Assembly (NCBI GenBank): GCA_036387295.1
Contig: DASVUA010000254.1
Span: 1-31,984, forward strand
Reading direction: 5' to 3'
Length of the DNA: 31,984 nucleotides
Source: Thermoanaerobaculia bacterium
GTDB lineage: Bacteria; Acidobacteriota; Thermoanaerobaculia; Gp7-AA8
Under the pieces are notes generated by a model that made no database searches, was not told where the DNA came from, and worked only from the letters and a program-made list of their open reading frames with translations. Shown one piece after another: positions 1-12,273 of this stretch (within the stretch, counting starts at the first letter, position 1; each line of letters opens with the position of its first letter). The translations under genes and the position numbers were made by a program.

Positions 1-1069
1 GCGTTCGACGATACCGATTCTTTCGAACGTCCTGCTCAAGGCGGCCGACGGACGGCTGCAGATTGCCGCGACCGACCTGGATGTCACGATCCTCAGCTCG
101 ACCGGCGCCCGGATCACCACGCCAGGCGGAGTGACGATCGAAGCGAAGCGCCTGTTCGACGTCGTCCGCTCGATGCCCGACGAGGACGTGCACTTCACGC
201 TTCAGGAAAACAACTCGATGCTCATCGAGTCGGGCACCGCGAAGTTCCGGCTGCTCGGCCTTCCCGCCGAAGACTACCCGACCCTTCCGACCGTCGACGT
301 CGGCGACGCCTACTCGATCCCGCTGCACGAGCTGAAGACGATGGTCGGGAAAGTGAAGTTCGCGATCACGCACGAAGAAACGCGGTTCCAGCTCAACGGC
401 GCGCTCCTCAAAATCCAGCCGAACAAGCTCGAGATGGTCGCCACCGACGGCCATCGGATGGCGCTGATCAACTTCCCTTCCGGCATCACCGGCAACGGCA
501 AAGGGCCGAAAGCGAGCGATCTCACGATTCTCATCCCGCGCAAAGCGCTCGACGAGATCCTCCGGCTCGAAGGGGGCGCGGAGGGCAACGTCCGGTTCGG
601 CGTCTCGGAAAACCAGCTCTTCTTCGACGCGGGCGATCGCCGGCTCATGGCGCGGATGATCGACGTCAATTTCCCGAACTACATGGAAGTCATCTCGCGC
701 GACAACGATCGCCGCGTGATGGTCGATCGCGAGCGCCTGCTCTCCACGATCAAGCGCATCTCGCTCGTCGCGAACGAGCGGACCCGCGCGGTCCGTTTCG
801 ATTTCGCACCCGGCAAGCTCACCGTCTCGTCGACGAATCCCGAGCTCGGCGACGCGCGCGAGACCGTTCCCATCGACTACGCCGGTCAGCCGTTCTTCGT
901 CGGCCTCAACGCGGCGTATGTGATGGACTTTCTCTCCGCCACCGATACGGCCAGCGTCTCGCTCGATCTCAAGGACGAGAACAGCCAGTGCATCGGCCGG
1001 CCCGCGTCGACGGCGGAAGATCTCCCGTACGATTACCTGTACGTCGTCATGCCGATGCGGCTGGCCTAG
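1..1069 (+). CDS. dnaN: DNA polymerase III beta sliding clamp (5'-truncated by window edge)
   Basis: The frame of ORF 131..1069 is open back to base 2 (RSTIPILSNVLL...ATDLD). Beta-clamp motifs VATDGHRMAL, FPNY and C-terminal YVVMPMRL. Confidence 0.97.
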   Translation, partial: RSTIPILSNVLLKAADGRLQIAATDLDVTILSSTGARITTPGGVTIEAKRLFDVVRSMPDEDVHFTLQENNSMLIESGTAKFRLLGLPAEDYPTLPTVDVGDAYSIPLHELKTMVGKVKFAITHEETRFQLNGALLKIQPNKLEMVATDGHRMALINFPSGITGNGKGPKASDLTILIPRKALDEILRLEGGAEGNVRFGVSENQLFFDAGDRRLMARMIDVNFPNYMEVISRDNDRRVMVDRERLLSTIKRISLVANERTRAVRFDFAPGKLTVSSTNPELGDARETVPIDYAGQPFFVGLNAAYVMDFLSATDTASVSLDLKDENSQCIGRPASTAEDLPYDYLYVVMPMRLA

Positions 1070-1084
1070 CTCGGTCCCCGGTCC

Positions 1085-1108
1085 ATCCTGCGGCTTGCGC
1101 CGCAGGAT
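1085..1108. other. Perfect 10-bp stem-loop between dnaN and recF
   Basis: ATCCTGCGGC-TTGC-GCCGCAGGAT, just 5' of the recF RBS (GGAGG 1114-1118). No U-tract. Confidence 0.6.
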
Positions 1109-1125
1109 AGACTGGAGGCACCAGA

Positions 1126-4690
<3,565 letters not shown>

Positions 4691-4755
4691 GTGGAGCGGC
4701 GGGCTCTTAGCCCGCCGACCATCAATGCCGGCGGGCTGACAGCCCGCCGCTCCAC
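4691..4755. repeat. REP-like inverted doublet, copy 1 (gyrB-gyrA spacer)
   Basis: GTGGAGCGGCGGGCT-CTT-AGCCCGCCG, 11-nt spacer, then inverted unit with GTC loop. Confidence 0.9.
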
Positions 4756-4767
4756 CAGAACGAAAAC

Positions 4768-7488
4768 ATGGCTGACGACACCACCGATACACCGCAATTC
4801 ATCGAGCAGCGCTTCCCCGTCAACATCGAAGACGAGATGCGCAAGTCGTATCTCGACTATGCGATGTCCGTCATCATCGGACGCGCGCTGCCGGACGTCC
4901 GCGACGGGCTCAAGCCCGTGCATCGCCGCATCCTCTACGGCATGTACGAGCAGGGGAACACGGCCGGGAAGGCGTACAAAAAGTCGGCGCGCATCGTCGG
5001 CGACGTGATGGGTAAGTTTCACCCGCACGGCGACAGCGCGATTTACGACACGGTCGTGCGCATGGCGCAGGATTTTTCGATGCGCTATCGGCTCGTCGAC
5101 GGCCAGGGCAACTTTGGTTCGCTCGACGGCGACAACCCCGCCGCGATGCGTTACACCGAGGTGCGGCTGACGCGCCTCGCCGAAGAACTGCTGCGCGACG
5201 ATATCGACAAAGAAACCGTCGACTGGGTGCCCAACTATGACGGCTCGCTCTCCGAGCCGTCGGTGCTTCCGTCGAAGTTCCCGAACCTGCTCGTCAACGG
5301 CTCGTCAGGCATCGCCGTCGGCATGGCCACGAACATTCCGCCGCACAACCTCGGCGAAGTGATCGACGCCTGCCTGATGATGATCGACAACCCGAATTCG
5401 ACGGTGCAGGACCTCATGACCGTTCTCCCCGGGCCTGACTTTCCGACCGCCGGTTACATCCACGGACTCGAAGGCATTCGTCAGGCGTACGAGACCGGCC
5501 GCGGCATCATCCAGGTGCGCGCGCGCGCGATCATCGAAACGCAGAAGAAGAGCGAGAGGCAGCAGATCGTCGTCACGGAAGTTCCGTACATGACGAACAA
5601 AGCGCGCCTGCTCGAAAAAATCGCGGAGCTCGTACGCGACAAGCGCATTGAAGGCATCTCCGATCTGCGCGATGAATCCGACCGCGAAGGCATCCGCGTC
5701 GTCATCGAGCTGAAGCGCGACGCGATCCCCGAGATCGTCCTCAACCATCTGTATCGCAACACGCAGATGCAGACGACGTTCGGCATCATCTTCCTCGCCA
5801 TCGCGAACAACAAGCCGGAGGTGATGGACCTCGGCACGATCCTCCGTCACTTCATCGAGCATCGCAAAGAGATCGTCGTGCGCCGCACGCGCTTCGACCT
5901 GCGCAAAGCAGAAGAGCGCGCCCACGTTCTCGAAGGTCTCGTCCGCGCACTCGACGTCCTGGACGAACTGATCGCGCTCATCCGCGCGAGCCGCACCGGC
6001 GCGGAAGCGAAAGAAGGCCTCATCGCGCGCTGGCAGTTCAGCGACATTCAGGCGCAGGCGATTCTCGACATGCGCCTGCAGCGACTCACTGGACTCGAGC
6101 GCGAAAAGCTCGTGCAGGAGTATCAGGAAATCCTCGCGCTCATCGCGCGCCTGCGCGAGATCCTCGCGTCCGAGCGGCTGGTTCTCGACATCATCGCCGG
6201 CGAGCTGCGCGACATCCGCGAAGCGTACGGCGACAAGCGCCGCACCGAGATCATCCCCGACACGAGCGAGATCTCGATCGAAGATCTCGTGGCCGACGAA
6301 GACATGGTCATCACCGTGTCGCGCGGCGGCTACATCAAGCGCTCCCCTCTTTCGATGTACCGGTCGCAGCGCCGCGGCGGCAAGGGCCGCATCGGCATGC
6401 AGACGAAGGAAGAGGACATCGTCGAACATCTCTTCGTCGCTTCGACGCACGCGTACGTGCTCGTCTTCACCGACCGCGGCCGGATGTACTGGCTGAAGGT
6501 GTACGCGGTGCCGGAAGTCGCGTCGAACGCGCGCGGCAAAGCGATCGTCAACCTGCTGCCGCTCGAGCAGAACGAAAATGTTCGCGCTCTCCTCACCACG
6601 CGCGACTTCACCGAAGGCAAGTACGTCGTGATGGCAACGCGCGGCGGCAAGATCAAGAAGACGGCACTCTCGGCATTTTCGAATGTGCGCGCCGCCGGCA
6701 TCATCGCCATCGATATCTTCGAAGGCGACGATCTGTACGCCGTGCGCCTCTCGAAAGGGAACGACGAGATCTTCGTCGCGACGCACCAGGGCATGGCCAT
6801 TCGCTTCCCCGAATCGCATGTGCGTCCGATGGGACGCGGCGCTGCGGGCGTGAAAGCGATCACGCTGCGCGGCGACGATTCTGTGATCGAGATGGACGTG
6901 CTCCCGGCGTCGAGCGATGCTCCGCTGCCGGCGGATGAAGAAGTGATCGATGCCGCGGTGAGCGAGGAGCTCGTGGCCGAGGAGCTGGCGGTCGACGAAG
7001 TCGCATCCGAAGAGCTGATCGAAGAAAGCGTCGATGCGGAAGGCGAAGAAGATGTCGCGCCTCCTGCTGACGATCGCGGCTACATCCTGACAATCACGGA
7101 GAAAGGCTTCGGCAAACGGACGCCGGTCACCGCGTATCGTCTGCAGCGCCGCGGCGGACTCGGTCTTTCGAACGTGAAGATCACGGAGAAAAACGGCAAA
7201 GTTGCGGGGCTCGCGCACGTGAGCGATGACGAGCAGGTGCTGCTCATTACCGAACAGGGAATGATGATCCGCACGGGCGTCGACAGCATCCGCATCGCCG
7301 GACGCAAGACGCAGGGCGTTCGCGTGATCAACATCGACGAAGGCGATACCGTCGTCGCCGCGGTGAAGCTGCTCGATCGCGAGCAGCCGGAAGAAGAAGC
7401 GGTCGACGAGCTGGCCGACGACGCGCTCGAAACCACGAACGAATCAGACGAAACGCCGGAAACGCCGGACGACGAGCCGGTGCACTGA
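4768..7488 (+). CDS. gyrA: DNA gyrase subunit A, with acidic CTD insertion and acidic tail
   Basis: [26 protein letters not shown], catalytic AAMRYTE, GyrA-box QRRGGKG. Confidence 0.99.
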   Translation: MADDTTDTPQFIEQRFPVNIEDEMRKSYLDYAMSVIIGRALPDVRDGLKPVHRRILYGMYEQGNTAGKAYKKSARIVGDVMGKFHPHGDSAIYDTVVRMAQDFSMRYRLVDGQGNFGSLDGDNPAAMRYTEVRLTRLAEELLRDDIDKETVDWVPNYDGSLSEPSVLPSKFPNLLVNGSSGIAVGMATNIPPHNLGEVIDACLMMIDNPNSTVQDLMTVLPGPDFPTAGYIHGLEGIRQAYETGRGIIQVRARAIIETQKKSERQQIVVTEVPYMTNKARLLEKIAELVRDKRIEGISDLRDESDREGIRVVIELKRDAIPEIVLNHLYRNTQMQTTFGIIFLAIANNKPEVMDLGTILRHFIEHRKEIVVRRTRFDLRKAEERAHVLEGLVRALDVLDELIALIRASRTGAEAKEGLIARWQFSDIQAQAILDMRLQRLTGLEREKLVQEYQEILALIARLREILASERLVLDIIAGELRDIREAYGDKRRTEIIPDTSEISIEDLVADEDMVITVSRGGYIKRSPLSMYRSQRRGGKGRIGMQTKEEDIVEHLFVASTHAYVLVFTDRGRMYWLKVYAVPEVASNARGKAIVNLLPLEQNENVRALLTTRDFTEGKYVVMATRGGKIKKTALSAFSNVRAAGIIAIDIFEGDDLYAVRLSKGNDEIFVATHQGMAIRFPESHVRPMGRGAAGVKAITLRGDDSVIEMDVLPASSDAPLPADEEVIDAAVSEELVAEELAVDEVASEELIEESVDAEGEEDVAPPADDRGYILTITEKGFGKRTPVTAYRLQRRGGLGLSNVKITEKNGKVAGLAHVSDDEQVLLITEQGMMIRTGVDSIRIAGRKTQGVRVINIDEGDTVVAAVKLLDREQPEEEAVDELADDALETTNESDETPETPDDEPVH

Positions 7489-7506
7489 ATCGGGCCTCGC
7501 CAGCGA

Positions 7507-7538
7507 GTGTGGAGTGCGGCCAACGCCGCGCTCCACAC
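7507..7538. repeat. 14-bp hairpin with GTGGAG/CTCCAC ends after gyrA (REP-related or terminator-like)
   Basis: GTGTGGAGTGCGGC-CAAC-GCCGCGCTCCACAC, one G-T pair. Confidence 0.6.
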
Positions 7539-7567
7539 CTGACCGGCGTCCCGGAGAATCTTTTTGC

Positions 7568-7846
7568 ATGCGCCCTACGCGTGAACGTATCGAGCACCTC
7601 GCACGCGAGCTTGTCGACGCACTCGCCCGCTCGCGCTCGGTCGTGTTTCTGAAGCAGCGCGAAGCCGTGCGCCAGGCTGTCTCGCAGGCGCTCGCCGAGG
7701 AAATGCGCCGCGAAGAACAGCGCGAAGAAACCGCCCGCCGCCGCCTCGCCGCATTGGACGAACCACGTCCGAACACGAAAGAGTGGCAGGAGCTCTTCCT
7801 CAAATTCATCGAGGAAGAAGCCGTCCGCGACGGCCTCGATTCGTAA
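7568..7846 (+). CDS. DUF507-family protein
   Basis: MRPTRERIEHLARELVDAL...EW.ELF.KFIEEE resembles DUF507 from memory; 92 aa. Confidence 0.7.
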   Translation: MRPTRERIEHLARELVDALARSRSVVFLKQREAVRQAVSQALAEEMRREEQREETARRRLAALDEPRPNTKEWQELFLKFIEEEAVRDGLDS

Positions 7847-7878
7847 ACGAGTCGGGAGTGGCGCCCGCGCAGTACTCT

Positions 7879-7947
7879 GTGGAGCGGCGGGCTCTCAGCC
7901 CGCCGGCTGTTGATGAGCGTCGGCGGGCTAAGAGCCCGCCGCTCCAC
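7879..7947. repeat. REP-like inverted doublet, copy 2
   Basis: Unit with CTC loop, 15-nt spacer, inverted unit with CTT loop; between convergent genes. Confidence 0.9.
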
Positions 7948-7981
7948 AATAAGAGACGGTGTGAATGCGTGATCGGCGTGC

Positions 7982-8437
7982 TCAGTGCCGACGCAGGCGG
8001 CGCTTCTTGCGGCCGCCGGACGGGTCGTCCGTGCCGCTCTCGGGCGCGTCGAGTTGCGTGGCGTCGCCGTCGACGACCGTCTCGTCGGTCACGACGCTGC
8101 TGCTGACGCCCGGATTCGCAGCTTGCTGAACTGGTGCGCTCTGAACAGCCGGCGCACTGAGCATGTCGTTCGACGAGCCGCGCAGCGTGACATCTTCGTC
8201 GGCAATCATGCGGCGGAGGCGCTGTGCTTTCGTCCGCTCGAAAATGCCGCCGGCGTTTCCGGCCGGGATCCAGCTGTTGCCGGCGCACTTCGGGCAGCGC
8301 CCGCGGAACGCGATGTTCTTTCCGCAGTCGGGACAGATGATGACCAGCGAATGCGAGAGCTCGAACTTCTGCTCGCCTTCGGCATCCAGACTGTTGAGGA
8401 ACGCTGCTAGATTTGTAAACGTCTCGTCGAGAGGCAT
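7982..8437 (-). CDS. Hypothetical protein with CPDC...CPKC zinc ribbon and low-complexity tail
   Basis: MPLDETF...ICPDCGKNIAFRGRCPKCAGN...GRKKRRLRRH; GGAG RBS before ATG 8437. Confidence 0.7.
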   Translation of the reverse strand: MPLDETFTNLAAFLNSLDAEGEQKFELSHSLVIICPDCGKNIAFRGRCPKCAGNSWIPAGNAGGIFERTKAQRLRRMIADEDVTLRGSSNDMLSAPAVQSAPVQQAANPGVSSSVVTDETVVDGDATQLDAPESGTDDPSGGRKKRRLRRH

Positions 8438-8460
8438 CGGTACTCCGAGCCGGACCTTAC

Positions 8461-8476
8461 TGCATGCGACATGCCG
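8461..8476 (-). promoter_or_regulatory. sigma54-like promoter or palindromic operator (GG-N10-GC)
   Basis: Minus strand CGGCATGTCGCATGCA, 24 nt before ATG 8437; identical 15-mer at 20646-20660. Confidence 0.45.
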
Positions 8477-8633
8477 GGGCGAAGGCGGTGCCGTCGCGGC
8501 GCGAAGGCGCTTGGGTGCAGCGTCGCGAGAACGCTGTTCTACCAAGCCCCTCGAGCCGCGTGCCTCCACGTGAACGCGCGCGTTCCCGCGGAGATCCACC
8601 CAAGCGCCTCCGCGCCTAAGCGCCTCCGCGCCT
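8476..8633. repeat. Inverted-repeat element with 8-mer tandem arms downstream of rng
   Basis: 8498-8517 pairs with 8597-8616 (19/20). Right arm (AAGCGCCT CCGCGCCT)x2. Internal hairpin 8518-8536 and palindrome 8572-8585. Confidence 0.7.
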
Positions 8634-8654
8634 GCGCATCGCGCATCGCGCGCC

Positions 8655-10154
8655 TCAAATCCTCATCACATCAAACTGCTCGTGATGCAGCGACTCGTCC
8701 GGCTTGAACACGAGGTGGATTCCGAGCGAGCGCTCGACCTCTTCGAAGATCGGGTCGCCGGTGTGCAGCGTTCCGTAGACGAGCGGGTTGACGCGCACGA
8801 TTACATCCTGCCCCTCGTGCAGGTCGCGCAGCTTCATCAGCTCGCGCCACACTTCCAGCGCGACCGTGGTGTTCGACTTGATGCGGCCGCTGCCGCCGCA
8901 ATACGGACAGGCCTGCGTGAGCGAGCGCTCGAGGCTCTGCCGCACGCGCTTGCGCGTCATCTCGATGAGGCCGAACTCGGAGATCTGCAGGATCTTCGTC
9001 TTCGAGCGGTCTTTCTTGATCTCGTGCTCGAGCGCTTCGAACAGCTTGTGCCGGTTCGACGCCTCTTCCATGTCGATGAAATCGAGGACGATGATTCCGC
9101 CGAGGTCGCGGAGGCGAATCTGCCGGACGATCTCTTTCGCCGCCTCGAGATTCGTGCGGAAGACCGTCTCCTCGAGATTCTTCTTCCCGACGTATTTGCC
9201 CGTGTTGACGTCGATCGCCACCAGCGCTTCGGTCTGATTGATGACGATGTAGCCGCCCGACTTCAGCCATACCTTCGACTTGAGCGCCTTGGCGATCTCC
9301 GGCTCGATCCCGAACTCGTCGAAGATCGGCTCGTCGCGCCGGTAAAGGCGGACGCGCGAGACGAGCTGCGGCTGAATCTGATCGAGGAACTCCACGATCC
9401 TCTGATACTGCTCGATCGAATCGACCCAGACGCTTTTGAACTCGGCCGACAGCACGTCGCGGATCGTGCGGAGCACGAGATCGAGATCGTGATGAATCGG
9501 CGTTGCCGCCGCCGACTTTTCCGCGCGGCGGCGAATCTGATCCCACAGCTCGGTGAGATAGCGGAGGTCGGCGAGAAACTCTTCTTCGCCGCGTCCCTCT
9601 CCCGCCGTCCGGACGATGAAGCCGCCGTGACCGTGCGGCCGGATGCGGTCGAGGATTTCTTTCAGCCGGCCACGTTCCGCTTCATCCTCGATGCGGCGCG
9701 ACACGCCGATGTGATTGACCGTCGGCATGTAGACGAGGAAACGTCCCGGCAGCGTGACGTGGCTCGTGATGCGCGCCCCTTTGCCGGCGATCGTGTCTTT
9801 CGACACCTGCACCACGATCTCCTGTCCTTCGCGCAACAAGTCGGAGATCGACGCTTCGGTGCGGTGCGGATGAGGGACGTCGTCGAGATGCAGCTCGTCG
9901 GGCGTTTCGCTCTCGTATTCTTCGAGCTCTTCGAGCACGTCGGAAACGTAGAGGAACGCATCGCGCTCGAGGCCGAGGTCGACGAAGGCCGATTGCATCC
10001 CCGGCAGGACCTTCGTGACGCGTCCTTTGTAGATGTTGCCGACGATCGTGCGATGCCGCGTCCGCTCGACCCACAGCTCCACGACCTGCCCCTCGTCGAG
10101 TACGGCGATGCGCGACTCGTGTCGGGTTGCATTGATCACGATCTCGCGCGACAT
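8655..10154 (-). CDS. rng: Ribonuclease G (Rne/Rng family)
   Basis: GNIYKGRVTKVLPGMQSAFVDLG (S1), IDVNTG, LRDLGGIIVLDFIDM, CPYCGGSG; 499 aa without RNase E scaffold. Confidence 0.93.
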   Translation of the reverse strand: MSREIVINATRHESRIAVLDEGQVVELWVERTRHRTIVGNIYKGRVTKVLPGMQSAFVDLGLERDAFLYVSDVLEELEEYESETPDELHLDDVPHPHRTEASISDLLREGQEIVVQVSKDTIAGKGARITSHVTLPGRFLVYMPTVNHIGVSRRIEDEAERGRLKEILDRIRPHGHGGFIVRTAGEGRGEEEFLADLRYLTELWDQIRRRAEKSAAATPIHHDLDLVLRTIRDVLSAEFKSVWVDSIEQYQRIVEFLDQIQPQLVSRVRLYRRDEPIFDEFGIEPEIAKALKSKVWLKSGGYIVINQTEALVAIDVNTGKYVGKKNLEETVFRTNLEAAKEIVRQIRLRDLGGIIVLDFIDMEEASNRHKLFEALEHEIKKDRSKTKILQISEFGLIEMTRKRVRQSLERSLTQACPYCGGSGRIKSNTTVALEVWRELMKLRDLHEGQDVIVRVNPLVYGTLHTGDPIFEEVERSLGIHLVFKPDESLHHEQFDVMRI

Positions 10155-10291
10155 GGCGGCGCGAATTGTAGACTGCCGGACGGTGCCGACGGCGATCTAC
10201 TTACGAGGGAAATGGAAGCTCGCCCCACCCGAGTCGAGCGGCAAATGCTGGAATCCATCCCCCGCCCGATCCGTTACCCCGCTCGCCTGCC

Positions 10292-10320
10292 TTGACGGAG
10301 GGGAAGCCGGATGCTATTTT
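10292..10320 (+). promoter_or_regulatory. sigma70-type promoter of tRNA-Asn
   Basis: TTGACG-N17-TATTTT with TG extended -10. Confidence 0.75.
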
Positions 10321-10345
10321 GCGCCCCCCTTCGGAGTCACAGCAC

Positions 10346-10421
10346 TCCGGCATAGCTCAGTTGGTAGAGCAGCGGACTGTTAATCCGCGGGTCGTAGGTT
10401 CGAGTCCTACTGCCGGAGCCA
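10346..10421 (+). tRNA. tRNA-Asn (GTT)
   Basis: Cloverleaf: acceptor TCCGGCA/TGCCGGA, anticodon arm GCGGA-CT GTT AA-TCCGC, GTTCGA T-loop, encoded CCA. Confidence 0.98.
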
Positions 10422-10434
10422 CTTCGAAGCCTCA

Positions 10435-10454
10435 CGGTCGCCACAAGGCGACCG
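10435..10454 (+). terminator. Hairpin after tRNA-Asn
   Basis: CGGTCGCC-ACAA-GGCGACCG; lacks U-tract. Confidence 0.45.
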
Positions 10455-10528
10455 CGCACCTGCGCGACCGACGCCGCGCGCTCCCACTCCCCCGCGCTGA
10501 AGCACGCGCGCTCCTCGGAGGTTTTGCG

Positions 10529-10756
10529 ATGACGTGGTTCTCCGATGACGCGGTCGCGCATCCGCACAACGCTGCCGATGCGCCAGACCTGGCGGGGACG
10601 CGCTATGAGCTCGTGCGCGAACTTGGCCGTGGCGGAATGGGCGTGGTGTACGAAGTGCGCGACGTGGAACTGCATCGCAGTGTCGCGATGAAAATCGTCG
10701 ACGAGCCGGCGCGCGAGTAGCGAACGCGCAACGCCGCATTGGAAGTAGAACACCCG
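10529..10756 (+). pseudogene. Truncated Hanks-type Ser/Thr protein kinase
   Basis: GGAGG RBS; RYELVRELGRGGMGVVYEVRD...VAMK (subdomains I-II), TAG at 10718-10720, then in-frame RTRNAALEVEHP resembling EARxxAxLxHP. Rest of kinase absent. Confidence 0.8.
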
Positions 10757-10792
10757 CCGTCCGCAAGCAGGACAGGCGGATTGCGATCCGGA

Positions 10793-12196
10793 TTACTCCG
10801 GCGCGTCTTCTTTGCGATTCGCGCCGGAGCTTTTCGCGATACACACTGTCTTGATGTTCGTGAACTCGCGGATGCCGTAGACGCCGAGCTCGCGGCCGAA
10901 TCCCGAATGCTTGGTCCCGCCGAACGGAATGCGCGGATCGGAAGCGACCATCGCATTCACGAACACCTGTCCCGACTCGATCTCGGCGATGAACATCTCG
11001 GTCTCGGCGGCGTCGTTCGTCCAGACGCTCGCACCGAGCCCGAAGATCGTCGCGTTCGCGAGCCGCACCGCTTCCTCTGCACTCTTGACGCGGAACAGCG
11101 ACGCCACCGGCCCGAAGGTCTCCTCGGCATACGCGGGCGCGGATTGCGGAATGTCGCGCAGCACCGTCGGCGCGTAGAAGTTCCCCCGGTCGCGCAGGCG
11201 CTTGCCGCCGGTCAACAGCTTCGCCCCCGCACGCACGCTCGCGTCGACCTGCTTTTCGATGTCGTCGGCAATCTGCGGCGTCGCCAGCGGTCCGACTTCC
11301 GTCGCTTCGTCCATCGGATCGCCAACGGTCAACGCTTCCATTGTCGCGACGAACCGCTCTTCGAACGCGTCGGCGATCTCTTCGTGCACGATGAACCTCT
11401 TGGCCGCGATGCACGACTGGCCGTTGTTGACGACGCGCGCCTTCACGCCGGTCTTCACCGCTTCCTCGAGATCGGCGGAAGGCATGACGATGAACGGATC
11501 GCTGCCGCCGAGCTCCAGCACGGTTTTCTTGATCTGCTTTGCCGCGCTCGACGCGACGCTCGCGCCGGCCGGCTCGCTGCCGGTGAGCGTGGCTGCGCGA
11601 ACGCGCTCGTCATCGAGCAGCGCCGCGACCTGCTCCGACCCGATCAGCAAGGTTTGAAACTCGCCGCGATCGAAGCCCGCCTCGCGCAGGAGGTCTTCGA
11701 TGGCGAGCGCGCACTGCGGCACGTTCGAGGCGTGTTTCAGGAGGCCGACGTTGCCGGCCATCAGCGCCGGCGCGGCAAATCGGAACACTTGCCAGTAGGG
11801 AAAGTTCCACGGCATCACGGCCAGAATGATGCCGAGGGGGTCGAAACGGACGTAGCTCTGCCGGGCGTCGGTTGCGATGAGCTCGGGCGCGAGATAGTGC
11901 TCGGCGCGTTCCGCGTAATGGCGGCAGACGGTCGCGCATTTACGCACCTCCGCCACCGCCGCGCTCAGCGGCTTCCCCATCTCCAGCGTGATCGTGCGCG
12001 CGAGCTGCTCCGCGCGCTCCTCGAGGATTTCGGCCGCTCTCAGCATGCGCGCCGCGCGCTCGCTGAACGAGCGGGCGCGGTTGATCGCGAATGCTTCCGA
12101 CGCCTTCAGCAGCTTCTGTTCGACGTCATCGCTCGACAGCGCCTCGAACGACGCGATTGTTTCTCCGGTGGCGGGGTTCACGCTGGCAATCGGCAT
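10793..12196 (-). CDS. NAD(P)-dependent aldehyde dehydrogenase (succinate-semialdehyde dehydrogenase-like)
   Basis: MPIASVNPATGE, MPWNFPYWQ, LELGGSDPF, NNGQSCIAAKRF, EETFGPV, PFGGTKHSGFGRELG. Start reassigned to ATG 12196. Confidence 0.93.
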   Translation of the reverse strand: MPIASVNPATGETIASFEALSSDDVEQKLLKASEAFAINRARSFSERAARMLRAAEILEERAEQLARTITLEMGKPLSAAVAEVRKCATVCRHYAERAEHYLAPELIATDARQSYVRFDPLGIILAVMPWNFPYWQVFRFAAPALMAGNVGLLKHASNVPQCALAIEDLLREAGFDRGEFQTLLIGSEQVAALLDDERVRAATLTGSEPAGASVASSAAKQIKKTVLELGGSDPFIVMPSADLEEAVKTGVKARVVNNGQSCIAAKRFIVHEEIADAFEERFVATMEALTVGDPMDEATEVGPLATPQIADDIEKQVDASVRAGAKLLTGGKRLRDRGNFYAPTVLRDIPQSAPAYAEETFGPVASLFRVKSAEEAVRLANATIFGLGASVWTNDAAETEMFIAEIESGQVFVNAMVASDPRIPFGGTKHSGFGRELGVYGIREFTNIKTVCIAKSSGANRKEDAPE

Positions 12197-12273
12197 GAGG
12201 CGGGATGATATTCTGTCGTCCGCCTGGTCCAACAGGCACCACCTCAAAATCGAACAACACTGAAGGGGAGCTC

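Noticed and set aside
4691-5008. ORFs containing MERRALSPP or RRAKSPPLH (4691, 7444-7947, 3296-4792, 16820-17341, 23877-24506)
   Set aside because: These peptides are translations of the REP unit, which supplies a GTG start; not real genes.
5008-5049. Quinolone-resistance substitutions in the GyrA QRDR
   Set aside because: HGDSAIYD retains the Ser83 and Asp87 equivalents.
5305-7218. Long antisense ORFs (e.g. 5305-7218, 8682-10295, 10739-12208, 12355-14763, 25038-26651, 30606-31556)
   Set aside because: Shadow frames opposite well-supported genes in high-GC DNA, with no recognisable motifs.
10346-10800. Intact integrative element at tRNA-Asn or the other tRNAs
   Set aside because: No integrase and no duplicated tRNA 3' end seen in the window; only the short kinase remnant.
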